A program made the position numbers and the translations under genes. Under the pieces are notes generated by a model. It saw nothing but the letters and a program-made list of their open reading frames with translations. It had not been told where the DNA came from and ran no database searches. From contig OX597819.1 in NCBI GenBank assembly GCA_951406725.2, positions 24,800,001-24,864,000 on the forward strand: 64,000 bases of DNA, in the 5' to 3' direction. Shown here piece after piece: positions 10,601-23,850 of the stretch. The stretch is from Octopus vulgaris (Eukaryota). Every line of letters starts with the position of its first letter. The stretch's first letter is position 1.

Positions 10601-11103
10601 AGATATGTGCCCCAGCATGGCCACAGCTCAAGAGCTGAAACTGGAAAACATAAACATAGAGGAAAAGAGAAATCTGTAGTAAGGGTCTGAATATAAATAA
10701 GAGGAGGATATTAGGTCTCTGTGTGTATAATAATATTCTGTGTATATTTATGTCTATATACAATCGGGAGAAGGAAGAAATAGAGAGAGAGAGAGAGAGG
10801 GGGGGTAATGGTGGAGATTGAAAGAAAACGTTGCGTGCCTCTGTATACGAGCGTGAAAAAACTAAGCAGAAATAGATAGATTGCATGCGTGCGAACGTGT
10901 GTGCACGCAGAGCGTAAGACACATCAAAACGAAACAAGAGTTCAAGCAAGTGTGAGATGTTAGTGTACGTGTGTACGTGTGTGTATGTGTGTATGTGTGT
11001 GTATGTGTGTGTGTGTGTGTGTAAGTGTGTGTGTTTGTGCGTGTGTGTGTGAAAGAAGCGCTGAAGGTGGTGGTGGTAGAGGGCGGGAAAGAAATGCATG
11101 TAT

Positions 11104-11140
<37 letters not shown>

Positions 11141-11151
11141 GAGAGATGTCT

Positions 11152-11213
11152 CTCTTTTACTCTTTTACTTACTTGTTTCAGTCATTTGACTGCGGCCATG
11201 CTGGAGCACCGCC
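11152..11213 (-). mobile_element. 5'-truncated SINE-B tail between long direct repeats
   Basis: Exact family B tail; flanks 10937-11151 and 11214-11372 are direct copies. Confidence 0.85.
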
Positions 11214-11245
11214 AGAGTTCAAGTAAGTGTGAGATGTTAGTGTAC

Positions 11246-11291
<46 letters not shown>

Positions 11292-11328
11292 CGCTGAAGG
11301 TGGTGGTAGAGGGCGGGAAAGAAATGCA

Positions 11329-11359
<31 letters not shown>

Positions 11360-11690
11360 ATGAGAGATGTCTGTGAGTGAGTGAGTTTGTGACAGAGCCG
11401 TATGTATGTGTATGAGCACGCACACACACACACACACATACACACACACGCACGCACGCACGCGCCCGCGCGTTAAAGAGTACGAGACAGAAAGAAAGAC
11501 ATATAGATAGAGGGGAAAGAGAGAAGAAAAAAGAGAGACAGATAGAAATAGGATAAGTGGAAGAGATGCGTGTATGTATGTATGTATCTCTGTAAACGAG
11601 AAAGAAAAAGAAAAAAGATAGAAAAGAGCAAATACTATATATAATAATATATAATACGATATAATACTGTATAAGCGAGTACGAAACAGG

Positions 11691-12027
<337 letters not shown>

Positions 12028-12102
12028 AGACAAAGCAATATGAGGCCATGCATGTCAGGAGTATTTATCACACTTTGATTTTACAACCGTGACCATCCAA
12101 AC

Positions 12103-12107
12103 TATAA

Positions 12108-12154
<47 letters not shown>

Positions 12155-12163
12155 ACAAACAAA
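12103..12163 (+). repeat. (TAAA)n microsatellite
   Basis: Directly visible. Confidence 0.95.
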
Positions 12164-12409
12164 TTGCCAAGAGGTAGAATTGCAGGTTTTAGAACGTCCA
12201 CATCAGCAGTTGCTTAATTGAGACTATCCTGACACTCAGAGCTTATAAGAAGTTTAAGGTTCTTCCCCCTCCTCCTTCACCTAAATAAACGAAGCAAGCC
12301 GTGCTTTCTTATTTCTTAGTTCCTTTCTATTTCTTTTGCCACATACAACTCTATCTTTCCCTTTGCCTTCCCCTCTCTCACTCTCTCTATATAAATATAT
12401 ATTTATATA

Positions 12410-12632
12410 CTCTTTTTACTCTTTTACTCTTTTACTTGTTTCAGTAATTTTGACTGCGGCCATGCTGGAGCACCGCCTTTTTAGTCGAGGAAATCGACCC
12501 CGGGACTTATTCTTTGTAAGCCCAGTACTTATTCTATCGGTCTCTTTTGCCGAACCGCTAAGTGACGGGGACGTAAACACACACCAGCATCGGTTGTCAA
12601 GCAATGCTAGGGGGACAAACACAGACACACAA

Positions 12633-12677
<45 letters not shown>

Positions 12678-12840
12678 CGACAGGCTTCTTTCAGTTTCCG
12701 TCTACCAAATCCATTCACAAGGCATTGGTCGGCCCGGGGCTATAGCAGAAGACACTTGCCCAAGATGCCACGCAGTGGGACTGAACCCGGAACCATGTGG
12801 TTGATTAGCAAGCTACTTACCACACAGCCACTCCTGCGCC
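12410..12840 (-). mobile_element. SINE family B full-length
   Basis: Reverse complement of the 4331-4733 type. Confidence 0.92.
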
Positions 12841-12869
12841 TATATATTTATATTGTTTTTTGTTTTTTG

Positions 12870-13065
12870 TTTTTCCAGTTTCAGCTCTTGAGCTGTGGCC
12901 ATGCTGGGGCACCGCCATTGTGGTGAAAGAGTACAGCAGGGATCACCACCCCCTGCCAGAGCCTCGTAGAGCTTTTAGGTGTTTTCGCTCAATAAACACA
13001 CACAACACCCAGTCTGAGAATCGAAACCTCGATCCTGCGACCGCGAGTCCGCTGCCCTAACCACT
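12870..13065 (-). mobile_element. Chimera: family C head joined to a B-related stem-loop tail
   Basis: C head to ...CTCTTTCACCACA, then ATGGCGGTGCCCCAGCATGGCCACAGCTCAAGAGCTGAAACTGG. Confidence 0.75.
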
Positions 13066-13596
13066 AATATTTTCATATTCCGGATTATAGTTGCTATACT
13101 ACCTTTCCGGTTTTTTCTTTCTCTCTTATATTCCTTTCGATTTAAAAAATATATAAGTCTAGCTTTATTTCGTTTTTTAATCATATTATATGTATATAAA
13201 AAAAAAAAGTCGCTATCTTTATGCACATGATTTTCTTTACGCATGTATGTATGTAAGTGTGTATACACACATGCATTCACATATGCTCAGATACAAGTTT
13301 TTTTGTTGTTTTTTTTTTCAAGTTTTTTCACTCACGTTTCTGCTTCATCCGTTGCGTCGAACATACGCACATATAAGCGCTCACACACACACACATATTC
13401 ACAAACACACACATACACACATACACACATACACACACATTTTCTGCTTGTTCGATGAATAAAAACTAATTTAACTTCGTTAACATTCATACACTTATCA
13501 TACATATTCAAACACGCATGTACATTATATTACACGTACACGAAGCCCCGCATAAATATACACAAAAATCAAAAGAGAGAGAAACAAAAAGAAGAA

Positions 13597-13647
<51 letters not shown>

Positions 13648-13823
13648 ACAGAGAGAGACAGAAAGAAAGAAAGAGATACGAAAGTGTATAGATATGTATA
13701 CATATGTATAAATAAAGTTCTGTTTTTATAAAGGAAAAACCGGCAGAAATAAAAAGAAATACGGACAGCTGTCCATCCATATACAGTAATAATAGAGCGG
13801 TAATAGGCACATATGTACAACTT

Positions 13824-14229
13824 ATACATCCATACATACATACATACATACATACACGCATGCATGCATACATACATACATACACACATCCACACATACA
13901 TACACACATCCATACATCCATACATACACACATCCATACATACACACATCCATCCATACATAAATACATACATACATCCATCCATACATACATACATACA
14001 TACATACATACATACATACATACATCCATCCATCCATACATACATACATCCATCCATCCATCCATCCATCCATCCATCCATCCATCCATCCATCCATCCA
14101 TCCATCCATCCATCCATCCATACATACATACATACATACATACATACATACATACATACATACATACATACATACATACATACATACATACATACATACA
14201 TACATACATACATACATACATACATACAT
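13824..14229 (+). repeat. Compound (CATA)n/(CATC)n microsatellite
   Basis: Directly visible. Confidence 0.97.
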
Positions 14230-14513
14230 GGGGAACGGCATCAATGTTACACCGCTTCGTTTACCTTCCCCTAAAAAATACGACGACTTGGAAATCACCT
14301 ACCTATACACAACAGTTCAAAATCTTTTAAATAAAAACTGTTTTCACTCTTTACTCATCTATCTATCTATCTTTCTATCTATCTATCTATCTATCTATCT
14401 CCCTAAAACACGTTTTCTCTCATCCTTTCTATCTTGCTTTCTCAGTCTCTATATTCTCCAGCTTGCTATTACCTCTATCTCTTCCCCCCACCATATATAT
14501 AGATATATATATA

Positions 14514-14554
<41 letters not shown>

Positions 14555-14616
14555 TCTGTTTTCTGTCAAACTTGCTGAAAATGAACAGAGATAGCATACG
14601 ATGCGCAACTCATCAT

Positions 14617-14625
14617 ACTTACCGA
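14617..14625 (-). promoter_or_regulatory. Candidate 5' splice donor (minus strand)
   Basis: TCG|GTAAGTATG consensus donor; last exon base would be 14623. Confidence 0.35.
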
Positions 14626-15467
14626 GCTAACTTATAAGTTAACCTTCCATATAATAATAATAATTATTATTATTATAGACACCACTACCACCACCTCTAC
14701 TACTACCACCACTACTACTACTACCACTACTAACATTGCCACTCTACTGATATATATAAACCACCACCGTCGCCGCCGCCCTCTCTTATTAAATCTTACA
14801 TATTCAATATCATTCATTCACGTAGATACGCTCACATCGGACAGAGAAATCGCTCACACACATATACTGCTCTTACTTTCCCTCACATACCGCCTGCTCC
14901 TCCTTTACCCTCCTCCTTACTTGTCTCTCATACAATCTTCATTCGAACTTCATTAAAACCTCCGTCTCTCTCTCTCTCTCTCTCTCTCTAATCACTCTCT
15001 CACACTTTTCCCCCCTACTCACTCTGACAGTTTCTATCTTATTCTCCCCGCCCTCCCTCCCTTTCCCCTCTCTCATACTGTTTTAATCTGTTTCCCTCCC
15101 CTTCTAAACACTCTATACACATACTTTCATACCTCCTATCTCTTTTTCCAGTCATATAACATTTACACCGATATATATACACACATAAATACACATACTC
15201 ACACACACGCACACGTATATACACTCATACAGCTAGAGCGATATAGTGTGCACACGTACTATAGACAACTTAACGTCGACCAAAAAATATTTATTTATAT
15301 ATTTCATTCTGCATTTTTAAAAATATTTTTTTATTTTGCTTTCCACTCTTTACTGTTTCTTGCTTATTGTAAAACACTGTTTGGGGTTTTTTCATACTTA
15401 CTACATGCACTGTCCTGAGAGGTATATTACCTTCGTCATGATTGAAACTTTAACCGAATAACAATTC

Positions 15468-15476
15468 AAGGTAAGT
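15468..15476 (+). promoter_or_regulatory. Candidate 5' splice donor ending a probable non-coding first exon
   Basis: AAG|GTAAGT perfect consensus at the end of a TE-free unique segment. Confidence 0.45.
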
Positions 15477-15599
15477 GAAAAGCACTGCTTATATATATAT
15501 ATATATATACATATATGCTGATCTATCTATTTATCTATTCATCTGTGTGTGAATATGTACAACTTTTCAGCTTTCTAGTTGCGTATGAAATTAGGAATT

Positions 15600-15633
<34 letters not shown>

Positions 15634-16892
15634 AATTTGTATTCAGTTCTGGTGTCTTTAACTTTTGAAGAAAAAGCATGCGTATTTATTTCATTCTTTA
15701 CAGTATGAACAGCTGTTCAGATTTTGTATGAGGGTGGGGAGCAATGAGATCATGTGGCACTCATGCCTTTTTCCGAGAAAATTTATAGCGATCAACGTGA
15801 ATGAAATATCTACATTTTCCAAATCGAAACCGAATTGCGGGCTCTGTTCGCGGGGGAGCGGTCGTCCTCACCGGGGCCTTTGTTAATTACATCCAATTGC
15901 TACAAGTCCTTAGATATGTGGTTATTTTAACCCCAGATCGAACAGACTGACTAATAATCTAAGAGTTCCAGCCATACGCTACATATTTCAGTCAGTGTTT
16001 TATCGAATATTGTGTCTAAGTCTACCAATGAACCCTTAATATTTAAAGACAGTAAAGGTGTGATTTGAAGAATATACAAGTGCTGTTTCTAGCGGCTCCT
16101 TCGCTGGATATTTAGAAAAGTGGATATATTGAGAAGGATATGCTGAGGCTGATTATGTATGGAGTTCACGCATGTTCTAAGGTGATTAAAGCGTAAGGTG
16201 TAACGAAATAGCGACAGTGCTAGAATCGAAACTTGGTCGCAGATTCTGCTTGCTGGGTGCTTATATTTACTACTGTACATGTTTAATACCAAGTACTTGC
16301 GTGAAAATTGTCGTGGCGGTGGACATAATCCGTGGCACATCGCCCAAAATGCGTTACGAGTAGATTACTTACAGCTATCATTTATTGCTCGGAGTTCAAA
16401 TATATTTCCAGTATCGATAAAATTCGATACTAGTTGTAAAAATGACTGAAGGTGATTGATTAATAATTAGACTGTACATCTCGTCTTGCTTAACACCTAG
16501 CCTTAACAAAATTTTGTGTACCTTGTTTGAAATATTTTAACATTAGTTTGTACTGTTTGGTGGTGGTAGTAAATATTTGTAATCGGCTCCATCAGCAAAA
16601 CAAAACACAGATACATGATCAATGTTGAAAGTTTATCCACTTTTCGAAAACTTTTTTTTTTTTCTTTTACTCTCTCTCTTTGTCTAAATACATGCAACTT
16701 CTGTATAAATAATTTGGTTGTTTCCTTGTACAATAATACTACTACACAGACGTGAGAGGACATGGGGAAGGGATCTGAGAGCAATTTCATCAAGGGGGTA
16801 TTAAGTTTCTTTCACGCTACGCCTTCCCTCCTCTAAACGTTAGTCTTCAATATATATATATATGGTACTTGTATCGCAGAATGGTCCCAGTA

Positions 16893-16933
<41 letters not shown>

Positions 16934-16972
16934 TACTTAAAGGTACTTGTATCGCAGAGTGGTCCCAGTACC

Positions 16973-17040
<68 letters not shown>

Positions 17041-17799
17041 GTGTGTGTGAGTATGTTTGCGTTATACATATATTTTCTGAGATACCACTATCTTCTATGA
17101 CCCGGAGTTCGATGTACCTCTGCCTCACCTCTCTTGGACGTTTGCGGACGTGCATTCATATATATATATATACACAACATGTGTGTGTATATATGTGTGA
17201 ATGTACGTATAAGTTTTGAATACACAGATGTAATAATAATAATAATAATGATAATGTAATAATAAGCGAGAAAAGCCTGCGAAAGTCGCCTTGTTTCTTT
17301 AGCTACTATTTTCAGTAAAGACCCCCTCCCCTATACCAACACAGTCCCTGCCAAAGATGTAGGTATAGTCACCCTTACCTTTTTCTGCATCTTCTCTTTA
17401 TTCTTTTACTCCCAGCCCCACACACACACACACCAAACACACTCTCTGTCAGAATTCAACACCGCCGCTAACCCATATTGTTTTTATATCATAAGTTCCA
17501 TCATTATGGAATGTAAACAAGGGTCTTAAAATTGGTTCTCCTTCTCTCTTTCTCTCTCTCTCTCTCTCTTCATGTCATGCTACGAGCACACACGGCAAGC
17601 ATACACCATTCCCATTCACAATAACATAGATACGCACATACATACATGCACGCGCACGCACACACACACACACACACACGCACAGTGACATACACATATA
17701 CAAACGGACATATCCCAACACACAGCCAAGACAGAGGAACAGCCACTTACGCATAACACCACGCACGAGCCACCGAAATAGCCGCCAGTATCTCAACGC

Positions 17800-18022
17800 G
17801 GTCGTTCGGCCCTATCTGCTAGAGATAGCAGTCAAATCTCTCCCTCAAATCATACTTAACCGTCTACAGTAATGGGGCACATCAGACAATGAAGTCCTTG
17901 GTATACAACAACAACAACAACAAACCAACCAACAAAACAAAACATTATAGTCACGGTTGGAATGCCTTTGATCATAAATCTTGCTTTATCAGGGCCTGGC
18001 CTGCGGTTGAGCAAAAATCAAC
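17800..18022 (+). mobile_element. Old SINE-like family G fragment (representative copy)
   Basis: GCTAGAAATAGCAGCCAAATCTCCCTCAAATCA-type motif recurs near 470, 3040(-), 18730(-), 20045, 20460, 21230, 21400, 42710, 52510(-), 60125, 60260, 60655. Confidence 0.7.
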
Positions 18023-19875
18023 GACGTTTTTTTCTTTTTCTTTCTATCGCTTCCCTTTTATGCTCAAGTCCGCTGCGACGCGGTTTCGATTCCTAATTGA
18101 TTTTAAGTCGTTCTGCTTGAATTTTTACTCTTTCACTCATTGAACTGTGGAGATGCTGGGGGTATCATCTTCAACGGTTTTAGTCGCTCATATCAACCCC
18201 GCATCCCACTACTTATTTAAGTTTGGTACTTCATTTTATCGATCTCTGTCAAAATAGCTGAGTAATCATTTTCGACACAACGCAACTTTTTTTTCTACTC
18301 TAGTAATCAATCACATACCCATAGACACACACACACATATATATACATACCACGCTCTGCCCGCCCGCACGGTTTCCGTTTACTAATTCCATTCATAAAC
18401 TATTGATTACTCTGCTTTCCAGTGGAAGTCGCTTGCTCAAGATGCTGCGCCGTAGGTTCGAATCTCACAGCTACCTCCCACCTCGTTTTTTTTTGTTTTT
18501 TTTTCTTAATTAAAATATAAAAACACAAGAGTGCCTTGAATTCTCAGTTTCTTCATACCTGCATTTGGATAATCTTTTTCTTTTCTTTTAACTACGAAAA
18601 ATGTTTAGTTATTTAACCCTAGGTCTACTCTCCAGCCACAGCCAGCTCATCGTATTTTCAGACATGTATCCAAGACTTATCCAAATTGTGTCTTCCTTTT
18701 TAAGAGAGTTGGATTGTGGTTTAAGGGGATTTTAGCTACTATATCTAGCCGGTCGTGCGACCACTTAGAGTAGCAGTTCCTGATCATTTATTATCACAAC
18801 CTAGTTTGGTAAGTCCAATATTCGGGGTTCAGTTAAAAAGAAAATTTTATGCATATATATATATATATATCCCTTTGAGGTACACTTAACATTCGATACT
18901 TTTCTTGGGGGGGGGGGGGAAACATTTTTCAATCTTTACAGTATATCTTGTATATTAGGTGTTCATATACCCTGATACTGTACCGAAGAATTGGGCCCCA
19001 CTCACATCGAAATTATATTATTCATGAGCCCTCAAGGCCCCGCGCTACGTCACCCGCATAGCACCAGCCGTTAAATGACACTGGCTGCGTCTCGAAGAAT
19101 GTACTTCAACCGATATATCGGGCAGGGATCATTAGTGCCAAGAGGGCTCTGTAAATATTTGACGAGCCCATTTCGAGAAGAAATCCCTTCAATTTTAAAA
19201 TAACCCTCGATAGCCCGAAAACAGTAGGCACTGGTTGTAACCTTTCTGTACTCAACAATTTTTTTTTTTTTTTATTAGTTTACATGTTTCGTTCACTGTA
19301 ATATAGTACTGAAGGATATAGTCTATATAATCGACCCCCAATCCTTAAATGTCGGTACTTATTCTATCAGCCTGATTTTACCAAACCGATAAGTTATAGG
19401 GACATAAACAAAGCAACACCAGTTGTCAAGCACTGAAAGAAAGACACACACACACGGTGCGTTTCCGCCAATTGTACGTCTACCTAATTCACAGATAAGG
19501 CAGTGGTTAGTCTGGGGCACTGGGAAACACTTGCTCGTTGTGGCTGCGTATTGGGAATGAACCCGCGACCACGTGGTTGTGAAACGAACTTCTTAAACGC
19601 GCCATTTGAATAATTAATTCGTTCATGAAGATTTTATAGTTTAACAAAAATTTTAAATGTCAATTTTTTTTTGGTGGTGGTGGGGGGACCCTTTCTGATT
19701 TATACAGTGATGCAAAATTGGGTCGCGACCCCTAAATATGGGAACTGCTGACGTACAAGTTTGAGTTGTTAGTGTTGTGAAAACTAGAGGATAGAGGAGG
19801 TGCGGTAACCGTGGTGGTGGTCATACATGTCAACAGTTCTTATATAATTTTGTGTTAATGAATAAACTTTTACAC

Positions 19876-20020
19876 CAGTCATGGGCAAACTGCGGCCCGC
19901 GGGACTTTCCGAATTGCACGCCAACGAAAAGTTATCTTGAACTGTTTTGAAACGCGACCCTCTTGATGATGAGTCAGGTCTCATGCGGCCCGCTTCCCGG
20001 GGAAAAGTTTCCTATGCCTG
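19876..20020. mobile_element. hAT/Charlie-like MITE
   Basis: CAGTCATGGGCAAACTGCGGCCCGCGGG...AAGTTTCCTATGCCTG imperfect TIRs, degenerate 8-bp flanks. Confidence 0.65.
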
Positions 20021-20337
20021 CTCTGCACAGTCGGTCAATATGCTTGAAATAGCAGCCAAAATCTCCCTAAAATCATAACCTACCAGAGGACGCATTAAAT
20101 AATATGGCCTTAAATATAGTTTGTATGAGAAATAAAATAAAATACCCAAATCAACAGATTGGTCAGTCACAGCGTGATAGTCTTTTCTTCATAAGTCTCC
20201 GATTGAGGGGTAAACTGGGGCTAAAACAAAAAAAAAAAAAACACCAAAAAACAAAAACAAACTGTAATATCTTTCGTGAAGTTTAGCATTATATGTGAGT
20301 ATGTAAATTATAGATAGATAGTGGGGGTAGTAGATGG

Positions 20338-20382
<45 letters not shown>

Positions 20383-20773
20383 CTATGTGTTCACATTAAA
20401 CACGCAACGTATTTGGCTTCTAACAGACTTTTAAGTGACCTGACCAGAAAGAGTGCCTACTAGAAAAAGTAGCCAAATCGCCCACAAATCACATTCTATA
20501 CCGTCTTAAGTAAGATTAAGACTCTTTACTAATGTCGGATACTCCTTGACCTGGGCTTAACATTTTTTTTTTTCTCTTTTCTTTCATTTTTTAGAATGTG
20601 CTATGTCACGTCACCGAAGACTTGGCATTTGAATTCGTCTGTGCCTTTGGTAATTAAGTCTAAATCTCTGCTTGTAATTAGGGTAGTAAAGACGGTATTT
20701 TCTAAAACAACAAAACATGGTATTTCGAGTGAGAGGCAATAAACGTGTGAGTGTGTGTGAGAGAATGGAATTT

Positions 20774-20815
<42 letters not shown>

Positions 20816-21640
20816 TTAATTCCTAAGTAAAGAAAAACTTGAATACCGAGAAAAAAATAAATAAATGAAATACATGGAATGAAAACAAAAGAAAAATTGG
20901 CGTGGTTCTTTTTTTTTTCTCTTACTTTTCCCGGAAGCTTGCGAAAATTCCTTCTCTTTAAAAGTGAAGTTGTGTCTCTAAAACTACAAGCTACGTCTAG
21001 ACCTACACCCATCCCTTCCTTCACACCTGTATCTACTACTTAGCTTGTCTCATTAGTAATCACCTGCTGCCAAACAATACCTTACTTTTATGTTCAGGTG
21101 GTGTAAAGTAGACCAAGGAAGCGTCGTTGTGAATTCGGCTTCGCTTACATTAAAGATCGCTCAAATTGCCTCTCACATTCACACATACAATGTGCTGGCG
21201 AGGGAGCTGCGACGTGGTCACTTTGTTTGCTAGAAATAGTTAGCTAAAATCTCTTTCTTTCTCAAATCACAAGTCCTACCTTAAAAAATTGACAGGACAA
21301 ATTAGATAATGTACTCTAAGGAACGAATGTGACGTGACCTAGTGGTTGGAGCCGTGAAGTTGCAGGTTCGTTCTTAAGATGCGGTCGCTCGATTCGAAAG
21401 AAATAGCAAGCTAAATCTCTTTCTCAAATTACAAACCCTACTTTAAAAAAGGAAAGGGTAAATTAGATAAATGCACTTTAAGGAAAGAATATGGCCTAGT
21501 GGTTAGGGCCATTTGGTAATGATCAAAATAGTTGTAGGTTCGATTCTTGAGCACGTGGCACATTCTTTTTTTTTTTTTTTTTTTATGTTACTCCAGTCTC
21601 ATATTCTTCCAGCTGCCATATTCTCGATGTTCTTATATGG

Positions 21641-21904
21641 CTGTGGTTTTCAACCATTTTTTGCCTATGGATCCCTCTGATTCATATTTTACTCTGGTGG
21701 GGCCTCCATAGCCATTCTATGTTTAAAACAAATCCTCTTATATTTTTATAATGGATTATTATTTAGCAATTGTATTTTTTTTTTAAAAATGCTAAAATGT
21801 TTGATGTATTGTAGAAGTATAAGTAATTTATTACTCATAAATTTTAACAACAAAATCTTATATGAACCCTCAAGGGTCGTATGGACCCCGGTTGAAAATC
21901 ACTG
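21641..21904. mobile_element. hAT-like MITE (diverged)
   Basis: CTGTGGTTTTCAACC...GGTTGAAAATCACTG TIRs; no clear TSD. Confidence 0.6.
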
Positions 21905-21994
21905 CTCTGGGTCAAGACTATGAGGAGGTCTGAGGGGGTGTCAAAATGTTCTAGACTACATGGTCATCTAAAACAGCAAATTCATAGTGTTTCT

Positions 21995-22228
21995 TATTTC
22001 TTTATTGCCCACAAGGGACTAAACATAGAGGGGACAAACAAGGACAGACAAAGACATTAAGTCGATTACATCGACCCCAATGCGTAACTGGTACTTAATT
22101 TATCGACCCTGAAAGGATGAGAGGCAAGGTGGACCTCGGCTGAATTTGAACTGAGAACGTAACGGCAGACGAAATACCGCTAGGTATTTCGCTCGGTGTG
22201 CTAACGTTTCTGCCAGCTCGCCGTCTTC
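21995..22228 (-). mobile_element. SINE family A with ~21-bp TSD
   Basis: Flanks CAGCAAATTCATAGTGTTTCT / CAGCACATTCATAGTGTTTCT. Confidence 0.9.
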
Positions 22229-22425
22229 AGCACATTCATAGTGTTTCTACCAACCGAATTATATACTCGCTTATAAGTGACGACTGTGCGTTGATATTTT
22301 TAGATATCTTTAAAAAACGACGATGTGGTTACACCTGATATGACTGTTGACCATAGTGGTCTCTTTGATCAAAGCTGAGGGTTAAACTACAACGACACAA
22401 TCAGTACACAGTAACATATATACAG

Positions 22426-22643
22426 CTTTCAAATTTTGGAGCAAGGCCAGCAATTTTGGGGGAAGGGGTTAAGTCGATTATATTGACCCCCGGTGCTGAA
22501 CTGGTACTTCTTTGATCGACCCCCGAAAGGGTGAAAGACAAAAATCAACTGGGGCGGAATTTGAACTCAGAACATGCAGACGGACGAAATGCTGCTAAGT
22601 ATTTTTTCCCGGCGTGTTAACGATTCTGCCATCCTGCCGTCTT
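22426..22643 (-). mobile_element. SINE family A, alternative tail (GCTGGCCTTG..CCAAAATTTGAAA)
   Basis: A head and body; flanking repeat TACACAGTAACAT. Confidence 0.85.
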
Positions 22644-23136
22644 AATACACAGTAACATGTATAGTAATAATACCCTTGTGTTTTTCTCCGTCACAACATA
22701 TGAATGAGAAAAGAAGGGGTGATAGCAAACTAGTAGTGGGATGATGGAAATTCTACGGTGGAAAAAAAATCAAACAGCCTTTCAACTCTGTGAGTGTATG
22801 TGTGTGTATGTAAAAGGGAGGTATGTGAATGTGTGTGTGTATGCAATGAAAGTGGGATGGTGAACATTCAACGCTGAAAAGAAAAATCAAACGGCGTTTC
22901 AACTCTATGTAAGTATATGTGTGCATGTGTATACAAGGGAAAGTAAGTATGTGAATGTTTGCATGTGTGAACCAGCGAACTTTCAGTAACAAACGATGAT
23001 CGATGTCACATCTCAAAAGACAACCACTCGATAACATTGGTAAATGTATTAATTTGATTTGCCATCCATATTCTATCCGTTTTGTTAAAAATGATTATTA
23101 CAATCACACACACCTACACAAACATATATATGTACA

Positions 23137-23520
23137 GGAGGCGCAATGGCCCAGTGGTTAGGGCAGCGGACTCGCGGTCATAGGATCGCGGTTTCGATTC
23201 CCAGACCGGGCGTTGTGAGTGTTTATTGAGCGAAAACACCTAAAAGCTCCATGGAGCTCCGGCAGGGGATGGTGGTGATCCCTGCTGTACTCTTTCACCA
23301 CAACTTTCTCTCACTCTTACTTCCTGTTTCTGTTGTACCTGTATTTCAAGGGGCGGCCTTGTCACTCTCTGTGTCCCGCTGAATATCCCCGAGAACTACG
23401 TTAAGGGTGCACGTGTCTGGAGTGCTCAGCCACTTACACGTTAATTTCACGAGCAGGCTGTTCCGTTGATTCGGATCAACCGGAACCCTCATCGTCGTAA
23501 CCGACGGAGTGCTTCCATCC
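23137..23520 (+). mobile_element. SINE family C full-length (tRNA-Arg-like head)
   Basis: GGAGGCGCAATGGCCCAGTGGTTAGGGCAGCGGACTCGCGG...GGTTTCGATTCCC; TSD ATATATGTACA. Confidence 0.93.
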
Positions 23521-23850
23521 ATATATGTACAAACAGATTTACCTTTCATTATGAGCAGGCGGTAGTTCCTTCCCTGCGATACCAGCTTTTGCCATGACCA
23601 TAAGTAAATCGCAAGGACAGAGCTTCGAAAAAGTTGGTATTTACTTGCCAGCTCCTGTATTTAGTCACGTCCAAGCTTTATGTGGCTTTAAGTCGTATAA
23701 GAAGAAAGGAAAACTTTAAAATTCTTTTGAAGGAAACAAGCAATGAAGAGATGTTAGTTGCGGGTAGATTTTTCGCAAAACATTTGGTAATAAAAGAATT
23801 ATTAAACTAAAAATTTGGTTTTGTACCTTATGTGTATATAAAATACTACA

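Noticed and set aside
17507-17525. miR-1-like TGGAATGTAAA
   Set aside because: 3' half diverges from miR-1 and there is no pre-miRNA-length hairpin.
23137-23212. tRNA-Arg(TCG)-like gene (also 33860, 53665, 54157, 58307, 63614)
   Set aside because: A/B boxes are present but the cloverleaf is imperfect and always fused to the same 300-bp body with TSDs: SINE head.
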